Origin: Callorhinchus milii
Taxonomy: Eukaryota
Reading direction: 5' to 3'
Assembly: GCF_018977255.1 (NCBI RefSeq)
Contig: NW_024704743.1
Coordinates: 107,386,001-107,450,000, forward strand
DNA: 64,000 nt
In this document: positions 49,809-63,341 of the stretch, piece after piece
How the letters are laid out: each line of letters opens with the position of its first letter
How positions within the stretch are numbered: the stretch's first letter is position 1
The notes under the pieces: model-generated
Databases searched by the model: none
What the model saw: the letters and a program-made list of their open reading frames with translations, nothing else
What the model was told of the DNA's origin: nothing
Position numbers and translations under genes: made by a program

Positions 49809-51189
49809 CACACACACACACAATAATAATAAATTGACCTCTACAGCACTGTTCACATAAACATCCTAAAGGGCTTTACAAAGTACAATTGATTGGAAAT
49901 TATGTGAACATTGTTATACAAACAAGCATGGCAGCTAATACGCACCAGCAATGTTTCATAAACAATTAGGTGACCAGCCATGTTTAGCTTTTGCAGTCAT
50001 GTCTTTCAGCCATATTCATCTCAGATTTCTTCACCCCTCTCCCCCCACCACCACCCAATACCACCACTCAATGACTGCAATCACAATGTTTTCTTTACTT
50101 TTCACATAACTAAATTGGCTCATTGACTGCTTCCAAAGTGTGAAATGTGCATTAGTGCAGACAATACTATTTCCACTAGTACTAACGGAAATTGCATTTC
50201 TCACAAACAGCATATTGCCATTCGTGTAATTTCATTACTTTGTTTAAAAAGATATTACCAAAAATGCTTTGCTCTTGTATTGCACAAGAATGTCAGGCAA
50301 TATGTATATTACAGCCACCACTATACTTGTCAAGCACTGCGAGACATTCTTTTATGAGAAACGTGCTATATAAATGCAAATTGCTGTTAACGTACCATTT
50401 TATGATGCATTTTTACGAAACTGAAAAACATTGTTGCTGTCTTTGTGTCTTTCTTTCTTTCCCTCTCTCTTTCCCACTATGTATATATAATATTTAGGAC
50501 ACAATTACTATGCGCATCTTACACACCTGATGATACATTTCCTTGTCAGTTTGTGATAGTCACTGAAAAAAAGTTACATTTCAGCCCAATGTGGTAGATT
50601 ATATCCATCAACTCTGCAATCTGTATGAAGAACAGCTCATGTAGGGTTTGTTATTAAACACATATCAAATAGCGACTATTTGATTAATAGAGTATGAAGT
50701 CAGCTCTTCTCCATTAGCAGTCTCTTAAAGATAACATTACAATTACATGTAATATTAACTGCATTGAAGCCAGATGGTCCTCATGAATTAATACTGATGT
50801 AATTGTGCATGATCATTTTTATTTATTCTGCTATCCATAAGAAGAATAACTGTAAATAGCTGGCAGTGAGCTACCAGGCTACAAAGGAATCGAAGAATTC
50901 TGATGTGATAAATGATCCTCAACACAGTTTATGATTGGACTGCAGATCCCCCAGACTGAATTACACCCTCAGGTTCACTACCAGCTATTTGCTGTTGTAT
51001 CACTGTAACATGTGTTTTGAAAGGGGAGTGGGAGGGGGGAGCTCACAAAGCTCATTAGCACTGACGAGATTTGCTTGCATTGTGGGTGTGGATTGTTAGC
51101 GTTCGTGCAAAACGGGCATTAGATGTGCAAAGACAATGCAGGCGAAAAGGTGGGAGTATTTGGTAAGAGTCATTAAACAGTCATTCAAA

Positions 51190-51802
51190 TCATAGCAATT
51201 ATAGCATTGGAGGAGGCCATTCGCTCCAGTGAATCCAAACTGGTGCCAACTCTTCCACTGGAGCTAACTATTCTAATCCCAATTCCTTGCTCTTTTCCCT
51301 CTATACCTATTTATATGCTTCTTCTACAAATGTCTAATTCCCTTCTCACTGCTGTTATGGTTTAGCTCAATAGCCAAGCACGTTTTAATAACCCTTTGTG
51401 TGAACAAAAATCTAATATCCCCTAACTCATCTAGTAACAACCCTGGGCTTTTTCCTCTTTGTTAATTGGTTTGCTAACCAACAAAAGCAATGGGGTTGAA
51501 CATGCGTTACTAAAAAAGTAAACCCAAAACAATAGTTTAGGATGCACCATGAGTTGAACAAGAGAACATAGGGTTGAAGCTGTAATGAGCAATATCAGGA
51601 GAGATATCAGAAAAAATTTCTTTACTCAGAGGGTAATTAACAACTGTAACAGGTGGCCGGGAAGAATAGTTCACACCAGGACAGACGACTCATTTAAAAG
51701 GTAACTTGATGCTGTGGTGGGAGAACATTGAAGTGGGATATTCTGGAGGGAGGAGATCAGATGGGCCAAAGGGCTTTCTTCATCCAAACCAATCTTATGA
51801 TC
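51190..51802. mobile_element. Back-to-back CR1 3' fragments (about 51190-51480 minus, 51510-51802 plus)
   Basis: 'ggaggccattcgctcc'; 'tttctttactcagagggtaattaacaactg...gatgggccaaagggctttcttc'. Confidence 0.7.
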
Positions 51803-54800
51803 TGCAAAGCAGAAATTGCTTCATTAAATTCTGATTGGGAATGAAATTGCTTTATCTTGATAAACAATTTGTGAAAAAAAACATGTTTAATATTCCCCCC
51901 CTTTATCCCTTTGTACTGGTTTCCACATCATGCACATCGCTGCCAAGGGATGTGTTGCCACACATCTGTCAATGTCATTCTACAGTCACCCATTAAAAAG
52001 GTGTGCGAGAGTGATGCCAGGCCATTGAGATGAGGCATCCACATCTTATCACTTTTTGTTCCAAATGTGCACCTTATAGCCATCTATTATGGAGAAGTAA
52101 CATAGAAACCATAAATTATAAGTCAAACTGCTTGATATCAATTATTTCATTCTTTGCAGAAAATTAGAGGGTGCTTCAGCTTACCTTTTCATGTCCATTC
52201 ACTCAGTTATATTAACTTCTCCCATGACCATCAATAAATCCATCCACTGCAATTCTGATTCCAGGTAACCATTGGAAGTTTTATTATTGTATTTATTTTC
52301 CTCACTATTTCGACTATTTTTAACCCTTTAGAGCAGTCCTGTGAAGCATTTTGAGACATCCCCTGACAGGAAAAGCACTATATCAAATACAAGCATTATT
52401 ATTATTATTGTCAAAGATCTGGATGTACAGTATTACCTATCCAATTTGGCATTCCAGAATGGTGAACTCTTCCTAATAACTTGACCCTGGTTTAACTTGT
52501 CACTACCACTTAAGTCATTATGCTGTCAATATCCCAGCTGCATTTATTTATGTATTTATACATGTGCCAAACATGCGCTCAGATAATTTGTCACTTAACC
52601 CTTTTCCCTTGGAGTGATGAGTTCAAGAGTTTACTGTATTTGCAGTTAGCTGTCCCCTTTTTAATTATATGGGGCGAAAAGCACTTTGAGACTTCCTCTC
52701 AGCATGAAAGACATTATATCAAATGCAAGGATTATTATTATCTTCATCCTACACTTCATCCTCACTAGCGGAAGCAACCACAAGAATCTTGTGGCCCAGG
52801 CATGGTCACATCTTGCCTTCCATATACTGTGAGTAAGTCAACAACAACTTTTATTTATACAGCACCCCTTGCACAGGGTAGCATCCTAGAGAGCTTGTCA
52901 AGATTGTCAAGATGGGATCTAAGAGTACTTGATTGAACCATGCTACTTGGATGAAGAGAGAGACAGGAATCTGATTATTCGTGGAGTAGAATACCAAATA
53001 AAAGTGTTTTTTTGTACCTTGATTCATTTGTCTTGTGCACAGAATTCCTCAGGGCATCAGGAACTTTTGAAGTCAATGTGGCCGCTTACCTCATTGTCCC
53101 ATCCTTCCTCAATGGGATTATAAAGTGTAAAGGGAATAGAGTTTCAAAAGTCTGAATCTTGTTAATATTGGTTTTCTTTTGATTGCAGACTGGTCAAAAG
53201 CAGTAAGTTAGGTAGGGAAGGCAATTTGTCTATCGGCATTCATGTCATTGTCTGACTCCAATGCCCTAAAACATATATTTTCGACAACACAAGTGTTTCT
53301 TTCCATGTCCCAAATTGTTGAAGAATTTGATGACAACAAAGAAGCACTGTAAAAAAAAATGCAATTAGTGGAAGAATTCAGTTGCCCTAAAGCCAGTGGT
53401 TATTGAATAATATTTTCATTTTCACTGCAGAGATCAGAGCACAAGAGAAAGTGTGACAAAGTACATGATAGCCCTCAAATGATTGTCGGCTGTTTGCAAA
53501 TGTGATCACAATGGGTTAATTCCATCTGCTTCAATCTTCAAGGAGGCCTCATATGCAGAACTCATAGAATCATAGAAAATTTACAGCACGGAAGGAGGCT
53601 ATTCTGCCTATTGTGTCTCTGCTGGTGCTCGCTCCCCCACTGGAGATATCTAAGGAAATTCCCCTGCTCTTTATGAAACCCATTAATGTATTTCTCATTC
53701 AGATGCTGGTTGACCTGTTATGGATTTTCAGCACTTCTGTTTTGGTTCCAGTTCATTTCCTGTTTTAGGAATTGAGATCTTATCTTTCCTGAGCTGAGTG
53801 TGCTTTAACTATGTGGTTTGGCATGCAGATTGCTGGTTTCATTTATACATTTGGCATCACAATCTGCCTGTGAAGTATATCAAACACGATTTCTGATCTA
53901 TTTCAGGGGAGCTCATGTTGGCTGTACTGGACATATTGTATAGATCTGTGCTTTTATTTCAATGCCACATTTTCTGAATGACCTTGGTGCATGTCTTGCT
54001 GGTTTAAGAAATGTAGCATTGAAAGAAGGTATACATGAAACAAACCATTTATTTTAAATCTGGGATTTCCCATGATTTCAAAGTTGTTACTTTTAAGTGT
54101 ATTTGCATCATGACATTTCAACACAGTGAATTAGATCGCAAATATCTTGGTTACAAAAAATGTATAGGGGGTGAGGGTCAGCATATCATTGGAAAGTTCT
54201 AAAAAATCTGATGCTTTAGAGTGGATGTCCTGGCAATTGTGGCTCTGTTATATTGTTTATGCATTGTTCTAGAATGGTTTTAAAAATGACTGTCCCCTGA
54301 TACACTTTCTAGTAAATCAACCAATATTGCTAGTTCCTTGTACATACAACATGGATTTCTGTTTTTAAAATAAACTCAACAAATGGAACAATTACAATTT
54401 TAGTTTTTTTTCCCTCAATGAGCAGATGTTCTTGCTGGACAAGCCTGTCCATTTGTATCAATTAATATCAACAGTGTGCCCATCAAAATGGCAGCATGTA
54501 TGACTGCCTTGATGTTTTTCACATCTGACAGGTAATAGTAGGACTGGGAAAATGTCACAATAATTTAGTTGCACATGGCTGCTTTTAACTAGTTCATTGA
54601 CTAAAGTATGTAACGTGGTCTAAAAAATATATATTTTGGTCATTAATATTATATCCTCTAATGCTTGAAGTGACTGTAATGCACTTATGCTGAGGGTGTA
54701 CAGCTAACTGATTTTTTTCTTATGTACAGCTACGCAGATTTAATTGAACTAAAAAAGTAGACTTGCTCACTTAAATAAGGGGGTTGCCAGTCAAAAAGAA

Positions 54801-55726
54801 GTAGGAGTGACAAATATGACGTGTGAAGCAGTTATTTTATTACCACATTGCTGAAAACAATTAGGACTGGTTTGAGTTGTGAACACTCCTCCCCTCTCCA
54901 CCTCACATTGGCGCAGTGGTTTGGATTTAAGGCTGGCCAAAGCCTCTGGCAATTGTTGTTACCTGTGGAGCCCAGAGTTCCAATGCCACTTCATAGGATA
55001 CTGGCCTATAACTCAATGAGGGCAGCAGTAAAAACCGAGGTATGCTGGCAATACCAGCATTGGCAATTTTGGCAATGTGATAACTAGCACTGGTGTTAAA
55101 TACCACAACACAAAAAATTTTATCCCCACTTCTAATATGTAGCGAAACATTCTAAAAACATTTTCATTCTGTTTGACGTGCTTGATTTTTAATCTCCTGG
55201 CTCTTAGGAACAGGAGGCGTTTACATTAGAGCATTGCCAATCCATCCGTGAACACTGATTTGTTAACCCAATAACTTGGAATCATTTTATCAGATTTTAA
55301 GTCAATTTTATAAGTGACTTTCTTTCATCAGACATTAGGATCCTTTTCAGAACAAGCACACTGGGAGCCATACATGCGTCGATAAGTATAGATTATCAAA
55401 TCAGCAATTTAAAATTGCTTTGTTAGGTTTAAATCCACTTCATAGGGAGCCTGTGCAAAAATGTCAGCTCAGACAAGACTAGCTAAAGACCAATCATACC
55501 TGTGTCCAATATTATTTTCATTGTTGCTTTCAAGAGCCTTGGTTTCAGAAGGTAGACTTCAGTTTCCATTAGGATAGAAATCCTGCAAAAGTATTGAATC
55601 CTGACTTAGAACTATATATATATATATATTTTTAATGAAAGCACGAGAAATGGAATTTGAGTAAATCTATTCTTTCAGCTAAAATGGCTTTGTGCCAATT
55701 CTAATACATTTGAAATGATCATTTTT

Positions 55727-55727
<1 letters not shown>

Positions 55728-55756
<29 letters not shown>
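55728..55756. repeat. (CT)n microsatellite
   Basis: Direct inspection. Confidence 0.95.
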
Positions 55757-55761
<5 letters not shown>

Positions 55762-57326
55762 ACTACCTGGCATAAAATGAGGATAGATGAATTAGCTTTT
55801 GTGTGACTGTGGTCCTACATTGCATGATTTTGGTCATATAAAAAACAAAATTGGGGTCCTCGCCTTTTAGAAGAGGCTTCACAATAGCTTTTCATTGTGG
55901 TTCAAAGATCACAAAGGTGAATGAAACATTCAGCGCTTTGTTATTTGGCAGAAAGATAGCACAATACTACTTCTGGTTGCCTCAAACTGGAGTTTAAATT
56001 AATGGATCAAGAAAAATAGAACAGTGACCCAAATAATAAAATAGATTTACAATTAGTACGTAATCCCTATGCTCAGAAGAAATACAGTACTGCTTCTTTT
56101 GTATACATTTTAAAGGTAAAGTTTATCTTTTATAATAATACTTATACCTTATGGTGCCTTTCACATCAGGGACATCTCAAAGCACTTCACAGGATTTACT
56201 GTAAAGTGTTGTGACTGTATTTTGCAGGTGAATTTGTGCACAGCAATGTTTCACAAATAGTCACTGAACTGAATACATTTAGGTCACTTTAGATCCTTGA
56301 AAATAATTACATCCTTTAATTTTGTGCTGGTAAATTTGGGAACATTTTACATTATTTCTTTGCAGTTTTATATTTACAGTATATTCTGTGAAGTGCTTTG
56401 AGATGTCTGGAAGACGTGAAAAGCGCTATATCAAATGCAAGGATTATTATTATTATTACTTAGAATTGTAAAACGGTTACCTTTACTTTGTAAAGCTGTT
56501 GTTTTCAATCATCAAGTGGTCAAAATCTGAACTCGGTTTAGATCTGTAGTCAGGATCTTTTGCACTTTGTTTGGGTGAGACTGTTCTGCTTTATTTGGTG
56601 AATCCACATAAAACAGTAAATGTACCCTTTTCATGTACAGTGAAACATTTAAGCACAGTTACATTGCCACATGGATACACTTGGGACGAGCATTTATTGA
56701 TTGCATGTGTTTAGGGTCATGTCTCTCTGTTTGCAAACATAAAATTGCCACTGCTGAAATCAGAAAAGGCAGATATTGATCTAATGTAGCAGCACCACTG
56801 TAAAAAAAATCCAATGCTAGGAAGAGGAAGCATATTATCTTAGACCATTTGACTGTATGGACAGCGGTGCTGAATATTAATGATTTCAAATATATCACCA
56901 CTTCCCCAAAAACTAGAACACCGACGATCATGTCCCTATTGTAATACACCAAAGCATCCAAACTTACATCACAAATTCGATCACATCACATAACACTATC
57001 ACAGGTCACATAACCAAGGCTCCTTCCTACCTTATTAGCGGTTCCTTGTGCAAGCTGTTGTGAAGATGCTTTAGGCCCGCACATCCTCTGCTGAAAACTT
57101 GTGACAGATAGTTCAGCCTCTCATAATTGACACTCAAGTCTTTATTAGCTGCTAAGTCATCTGGCTTCCCCAGTAGACAGTTCAGTCTTACTGGATAAAG
57201 ACACAAGAAGGCTTTGCCTTTTGTAGACCTGTTCAGCCATTCCTGACAGAGACACCATCAGTCACGGAAATTCCTAGGTTGTGCACCCACCACAGAGGTT
57301 CAGCAATCTTGTCCTTATTCATTCCT

Positions 57327-57656
57327 GTGGAGTCCTGTAGCTCAGTAGTTAGAGCACTCGCCTTGCAAGCGATACACCTGGGTTCAATTCCAGGCAGGGC
57401 AAAACCTTGGGCAAGTTTCCTTACTCCACACGCCTAATAATAATCCTTCCAAAAAACAAAAAAAACAATAATAAATTGGTCATTTTCAACCCACGACTGT
57501 TTGTGGGACGCTGCTGCGCGCAATTGGCTGCCGTGTTTCACCCACGAATATACGGTCAATTCACTTTACAGTCTATTCTGTGAAGCGCTTTGAGACGTCG
57601 AGAAGACGTGAAAAAGCGCTGTATCAAATGCAAGGATTATTATTATTATTATTATT
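57327..57656 (+). mobile_element. Short-type tRNA SINE, full length (intermediate age)
   Basis: Full head, no central segment, tail loop 'acgtcgagaagacgt'. Confidence 0.93.
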
Positions 57657-57907
57657 CACACAACCCACACACATGACTCTGCTTTGTAGAAGGGGGACAT
57701 ACATTGGCAAATGCTCTTCTAACATAATCTTGTGAGGTGACGAAATTCTTCTGAAAATAACTTTAGTCAGTGTCAACGTGGATCCAGTAGCCATGGGTAC
57801 TGTATTCAGAAACCACAAGCGAGACTAGAAATATGAACTTCTGTTCCCATAAAATAATGGATACAAAACCCAGATCCATAACAAAAGCAGATAATGGGGT
57901 GTTTGTT

Positions 57908-58282
57908 AACATAACATAAGATAACATGCAGGAGGAGGAGTAGGCCATTCGACCCTTCAAGCCTGCCCTGCCATTCAATCATGGCTGATCTTCTAATCTA
58001 ACTCCAGCTCATAACCTTATCCACATATCCCTTAATCCCTTTTGCAACAAGAAATCTATCTATCTCCGTCTTGAATATGTTCAAGGACTGAGCGTCAACA
58101 GTCCTTTGGGGTAGTGAGTTCCATACATTCACCACCCTTTGAGTGAAGAAGTTCTTCCTCAACTCAGTGCGAAAGGGCTGGCCTCTGATTTTAAGGTTGT
58201 GACCCCTGGTTTTAGTTTCTCCAACCAGGGGAAACAATCTCCCACTATCTACTCTATCATGCCATTTGATGATCTTATAGGT
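57908..58282 (-). mobile_element. CR1 LINE 3' end, well preserved
   Basis: FPLVGETKTRGHNLKIRGQPFRTELRKNFFTQRVVNVWNSLP...FKTEIDRFL, the CR1 ORF2 C-terminus, plus 3' UTR. Confidence 0.93.
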
Positions 58283-59110
58283 TTCTCTTGCAGAACGAAT
58301 TGAGTAAAGATCTCAGCGGGAATACAATACAAGTGATTTAGGAATGGAATTGATGTCATTGGCTGCACTTTACACGAAGTTTGATTGCAGCTGATCAGCA
58401 TAGACTATGAGCTCAAGTCCTGTCGTGGAATTTGAATTCTCAACCTTCTGACCCATAGAAGAGAGAGTGCAATCAACTATGCCAAAACAGACATAGCAGT
58501 AATTCCAGGAATCTATTGCTTCTGTTTTGGGGGCAGGAAGGTGGTGGGAGAAGAAAAGCGTTGACGACATAAACTTGTGCAACAAAGGAAAATAATTTAG
58601 TTGTTAACTCAATCTTCCCCTCTTCCTAAATCTACAGACTTTTAAAGCCTGAGTGTCACCTAATCATAACATCTTGATTTATCTTGTCTTGTTCTTTATA
58701 TATGCTCTTTTCAATGACATGCCTGCTCTATCGGCCTTGTCCCTTCAGCTAAGTTTCTTTATAAAAATAAACATAGTCTGGGAAAGAGTTCGGCAGGAAA
58801 TGTGCTGTGTGGTTAGTATTCTGCAAACAGATTTTGAATTGATACATAATGCTTAACTGCAGCTAAGGCTCTTGTCTCCCTCACATAAACACTGAGGTCT
58901 GACTTAAGCAGTAACAGCTTTTGTGGTAAACCATATACTTCTGCTATGTAGCAGAAGATGGAGTGAATCATACCATATTATTTTTTATGTTGCAGCCAAG
59001 ATTCTTCTTTCACATTACAAATGGACAATTGTTTGAATGCAAACCAAGTGATGAACCAATTTACCAACTGATATTTTTGACTGAGCAATTCTAGATCTAG
59101 ATAGGCACCA

Positions 59111-59346
59111 GGTCCCAAATTCCACACAGTCTTCACCTGCAAGACTTCTTTTTCTTTGAAAAGGTTGTGCAGAATCGTGTAAAATTCTTAAATTCGGTCT
59201 CAATTTGGAAGTTGGTTTCCTTGGGTTCTTGAAACAAAACCAGCTTCCAAATTAAGAGTGAGTTTAATAATTTTCCACAATCCTGGCAATCTTAAATTTT
59301 AAGACAAATAGTTTTACAGGCTGAGATCAGGTGGAATTTTGGGCCC
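59111..59346. mobile_element. Palindromic MITE-like element (~235 bp)
   Basis: Ends ggtcccaaattccac / gtggaattttgggccc; inner arms aatttggaagttggttt / aaaccagcttccaaatt; arms pair imperfectly throughout. Confidence 0.7.
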
Positions 59347-59599
59347 ATCAATTCTACATGGAAATGAGGCTGGAGGAAACTATTGTGCCAGTCAGGGAGT
59401 GTAGTGCGTCTAAGATAGTTTGTCATTTTGTTTCCCCATCCTTCGCAGGCTGTCGCACATGGTGACAATTCAACTGGTCAAAGTGAAAAATGATCCACTT
59501 TAAACAGCGGATAGAATTCTGCCAATCCTACTCACAATTGGTAAAAGAGTCATTAGTAATATGTGGCCATAAGCAACCCCTCTCTGAGGAATACTTCAA

Positions 59600-59840
59600 T
59601 ACTAGTTGATTGGCAGATCGCTTTTCCGGGGGTGATAATCCATTCAAAAAAACAAAATAATAATTTGATCACTTAATCCTTGACTATTTGTGGGACACTG
59701 CTGTGCACAATTGGCTGCCGTGTTTCGTCCACAAAACATACAGTCAATTCACTTTACAGTATATTCTGTGAAGCGCTTTGAGACATCTAGAAGATGTAAC
59801 AAGGCGCTATATCAAATACAAGGATTATTATTATTATTAT
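59600..59840 (+). mobile_element. 5'-truncated long-type SINE
   Basis: Central segment remnant, core and tail. Confidence 0.85.
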
Positions 59841-59909
59841 CTAAAGCACTTGTAAATGCTGGACATGTCTAATTTGTGGGAATTTTTCAGTCCATGCATG
59901 GAGAGCTCT

Positions 59910-60285
59910 AAATAATCCTTGCATTTAGTATAACATCTTATCAAAATATTTCAAAGTGTTTCACGGGACTTCACTATAAAGTATAGGGACTATGTATTTG
60001 TGGACAAATTTGGCAGCCAATTTGTACATAGCAAGACAATGACCCATAACCAGCCATAAAGTGAATAATCATTTTGTTCAGCAATGGGATTATTGGCGAG
60101 GACACCAAGAAGGACCTTTCCTTTTTCAAACAGTGGCATGGGATCTTTAATGGCTACCCAAGCAGGCAGACAGGAACCTCGATTTAAACATCTCATACAG
60201 TGGACATCACTTCTGATAATGCAGCATTTGCTCAGTATTGCACTTGACTAGAGTACCAGCCTTGACTAGACTGTGAGCTCAGAGT
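59910..60285 (-). mobile_element. Ancient Deu-SINE fragment
   Basis: Colinear with 49378-49740. Confidence 0.75.
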
Positions 60286-60335
60286 TCCAACCTTTTGCCA
60301 AAAAATCCCAGCACAGCACCTTCATTGACTACCTG

Positions 60336-61899
60336 ACGTAAGATCATATTTGTGATTTTTAATGTTTTTTAAGGCTCTTAATTAATCTTTATATCCATTT
60401 AGAATGTAACCTACCCATAATTCTTTAATAAGGTTTCTTTGATAGAATGACGAGCTGGAATGACTTGCTCACATAGATATGTTGTATTGTTAGCGGGGGT
60501 TAAAAGTAGCTTTGCTGGACGGGCTGAGGTCAGCTTCTGATTATATTTCATATTTTCCTGGGAAGATGTTCACTCCTCTGAGATAATGAGAAATCTGGTC
60601 CTTGAGCATTGATGTAAGAACAATGGGCCACAGAAAGAAAAAGCTGCAGCCTCAGACACCTGCCTATCTCAAGGCTGAGAAACAAGCAGACTGTGGAAGA
60701 CTGCCCAGAACTTGTTCATATCTTTTCCCATGCGAAAAGATCCTGCTCAAAGATCGCTAGCAGCCTGCAAAGGGTGGGGGCTATCTCTGTGACCAGGGGG
60801 AGGTGGAGTTAGAAACATATAAAAGAAAGATGTAAACTTTGAAATAGTTGGAGTTGTGTAGAGGATCAGCGCACTTCCCAATGGAATCAATATCGTTTCT
60901 ACTGTATATCTATACGTACAGGGTGAGGGAATGTACCTCCAGTAAGAAAGTGACCATGAAAAGTGAAAGATGAGGAGTAGTGGGTAATATGGTTTTGGTT
61001 CTGTCTGCTAGGCAGAGAGGCAATAACAGTAGTAGTGGTTGGTTCGTTTGAAACACAGAAGTCAGGTTAGACAGTCCTGTAGCTCAGTGGTTAGAGCACT
61101 TGCTTTGCGAGCGAGAGACCTGAGTTCAATTCCGGGCAGGGCGAAACCTTGGGCAAGTTTCCTTACTCCACACGCCTAATAATAATCCCTCCAAAACAAA
61201 AAACAATAATAAATTGGTCATTTTCAATCTACGACTGTTTGTGGGACACTGCTGTGCGCAATTGGCTGCCGCGTTCGCCCACAAATATACAGTCAATTCA
61301 CTTTACAGTATATTCTGTGAAGCGCTTTGGGACGTCTAGAAGACGTGAAAAGCGCTATATCAAATGCAAGGATTATTATTATTATTATTATTACGAGTGA
61401 GGTGCTGGGCTAAGAGCTGATGGGTTTCCAGGAGCCACTCTCTGTGATTCTGTGTGATAGTTCTGTGATCTCTCCAGTGTGTGTCAAGTTGTGATCCCAG
61501 ATCTACTGTTTAGTCTGGAATACGAAACAGTGCCTGGAAACAGTGTATTGTGGTCCCTGTATCGTCAGTATTACTGTTGTTGTGTATGACTGGTTGGGTC
61601 CAAGGGTTTACCGGACGCCGGTCCCTGTCTCGTGTATGTATTACCAGAATCAGTTGTCTCTGAAGGATATCCAGGGGCTGATCTCTGCTCTGTACTTTGA
61701 GGTGTGTTGTTTGTCTGGAGAACTGAGCAGCCCCTGTGTGCATGCTGTGTGATAAATGTTTTGCTCACATAGATGTGTTGTATTGTTATTGTGTTGTTAT
61801 ATGTAGTATGATTCGATTACAGATTGTTAAACCTTATGTTTCATCTCATGCAATAAACTCTATACTCTTACCACTGTCGAATTATTTACAGTTTACAAT
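60336..61899 (+). mobile_element. LTR-like insert (~1.24 kb after removing the nested SINE) between ~90-95 bp direct repeats
   Basis: TATAAAA 60818-60824 after G-rich boxes, AATAAA 61852-61857, ends TTACA at 61897; possible starts CGTAAG at 60337 or TGTAAC at 60405; flanks 60241-60335 and 61900-61989 are duplicated. Confidence 0.5.
61073..61393 (+). mobile_element. Short-type tRNA SINE inserted into the LTR-like element
   Basis: Full A/B boxes, core, tail loop 'acgtctagaagacgt', (TTA)n. Confidence 0.95.
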
Positions 61900-63341
61900 C
61901 ACTTTACTAGAGTATCAGCCTGGACTCTGAGCTCAGAGTCCCAACGTTCTGCCAAAAAATCCCAGCACAGAGCCTTCATTGACTACCTGGTCCATTAAAA
62001 ACAATTCAGTAAGTCATAAAAGTTAAGATACATCAAGACCGTTCAGCTCATCAGCTGGTGCTAGTTCCTCTCATCAAGATCTAGAGATGTAAACCTTAAT
62101 TACAGTCCCTTCCCTGGACCCATGTTGTTTCTCTTCAAAGATGTATCATATTCCTTTTAAATCTTGTTATGATCTTAGTGTCAATAGCCCCTTGTAGCAA
62201 AGCACTTCAAGCATGTATATTCTACTGTATTTTCCATTTTCATGGCCCCAAGCCACTTTTTTATCAGCCTTTTTAATAGGTCTGAGTCTGTAAGGTCTGA
62301 GAAGCTCTTTCAGGTCACAGATTGCTACCAGACTACCTCTTACACCACTGCCGCAGGCAAAGCAAAATAAAGTCTTTGGGCATTTACATTTTTCTTCAAG
62401 AGTAGAATGAGTTACACACACAGAAGAAGTGATATTGTTTTTGTAAATTAAATAGAACAAATAAATAGAATAAAACAGGTCAATTGGACAATTTGAACAA
62501 TTCATAGTTGGATATCCTGCACAAGTTTTCATGTGTAAATCTGCGGAAGGAAAGAAACATGGGTAGTTAAGATATCTAGTTGATATAATAATCATGAATG
62601 ACAATTATTGTATTGCCAAGAATCCATAGACCATCAACAGGTTTAATAGCTAACACCCCCTTTAGCCTCGGAACAATTTGAATCTGAAGGTTTACATTTG
62701 GAACTTTTTCCACCACCAGCCTAGATTCCTTTGTTAGTGATAGGAAATCCAATTCTTTTCCTCAAACTGGAGCCAACGTTTAAGCATTGCTCAACAGGAC
62801 AGACATTGGTTGAGTTAAGCCTATTTTTAAGCTGCACTGAATCATCCTTCTCCACAGTTATATTAATAGAAGTCTTTGAGCCCAACCATTGCTCTGAAGC
62901 TAGGGGAAAGAAAGAAGGAGCAGTTGGGTGAGCAGGAACAAGAGGGATTAGCCCAAACCATACTCCTGCTTGAATGAAGCGTTATACAGTGGTGGCCATT
63001 TTCCTGGAAATAATTAACTGGGGAACCTAAATCATGTTTTATTTTAATATCAATATTTTGTGAATATACAGTACACAAAAAAAATCCTGTTTACACAAGG
63101 GTTTTCTCTGTATTTCAGAAAGATGATATCATTACGGAACACAAAGGATAGAAATAAACCAACCCTCCCCCTCCCTCGGCATCCTACATTATATTCCATC
63201 TGACCATGTCTAACATGCTACAGAAACTAAATATCATTTGTAACCATGGTTACCGCTTTCTTTTGAAAAAAATATTGTTTTCCTCTCCGAGGATTGCTTG
63301 TTTTTATGTATGAGGTTAAAAAGCCGAAATTATTTACAATG

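Noticed and set aside
53189..53202. 14-nt microexon candidate (ttgcag|ACTGGTCAAAAGCA|gtaagt)
   Set aside because: Not frame-preserving, no host gene identified, and such matches are expected by chance in 64 kb
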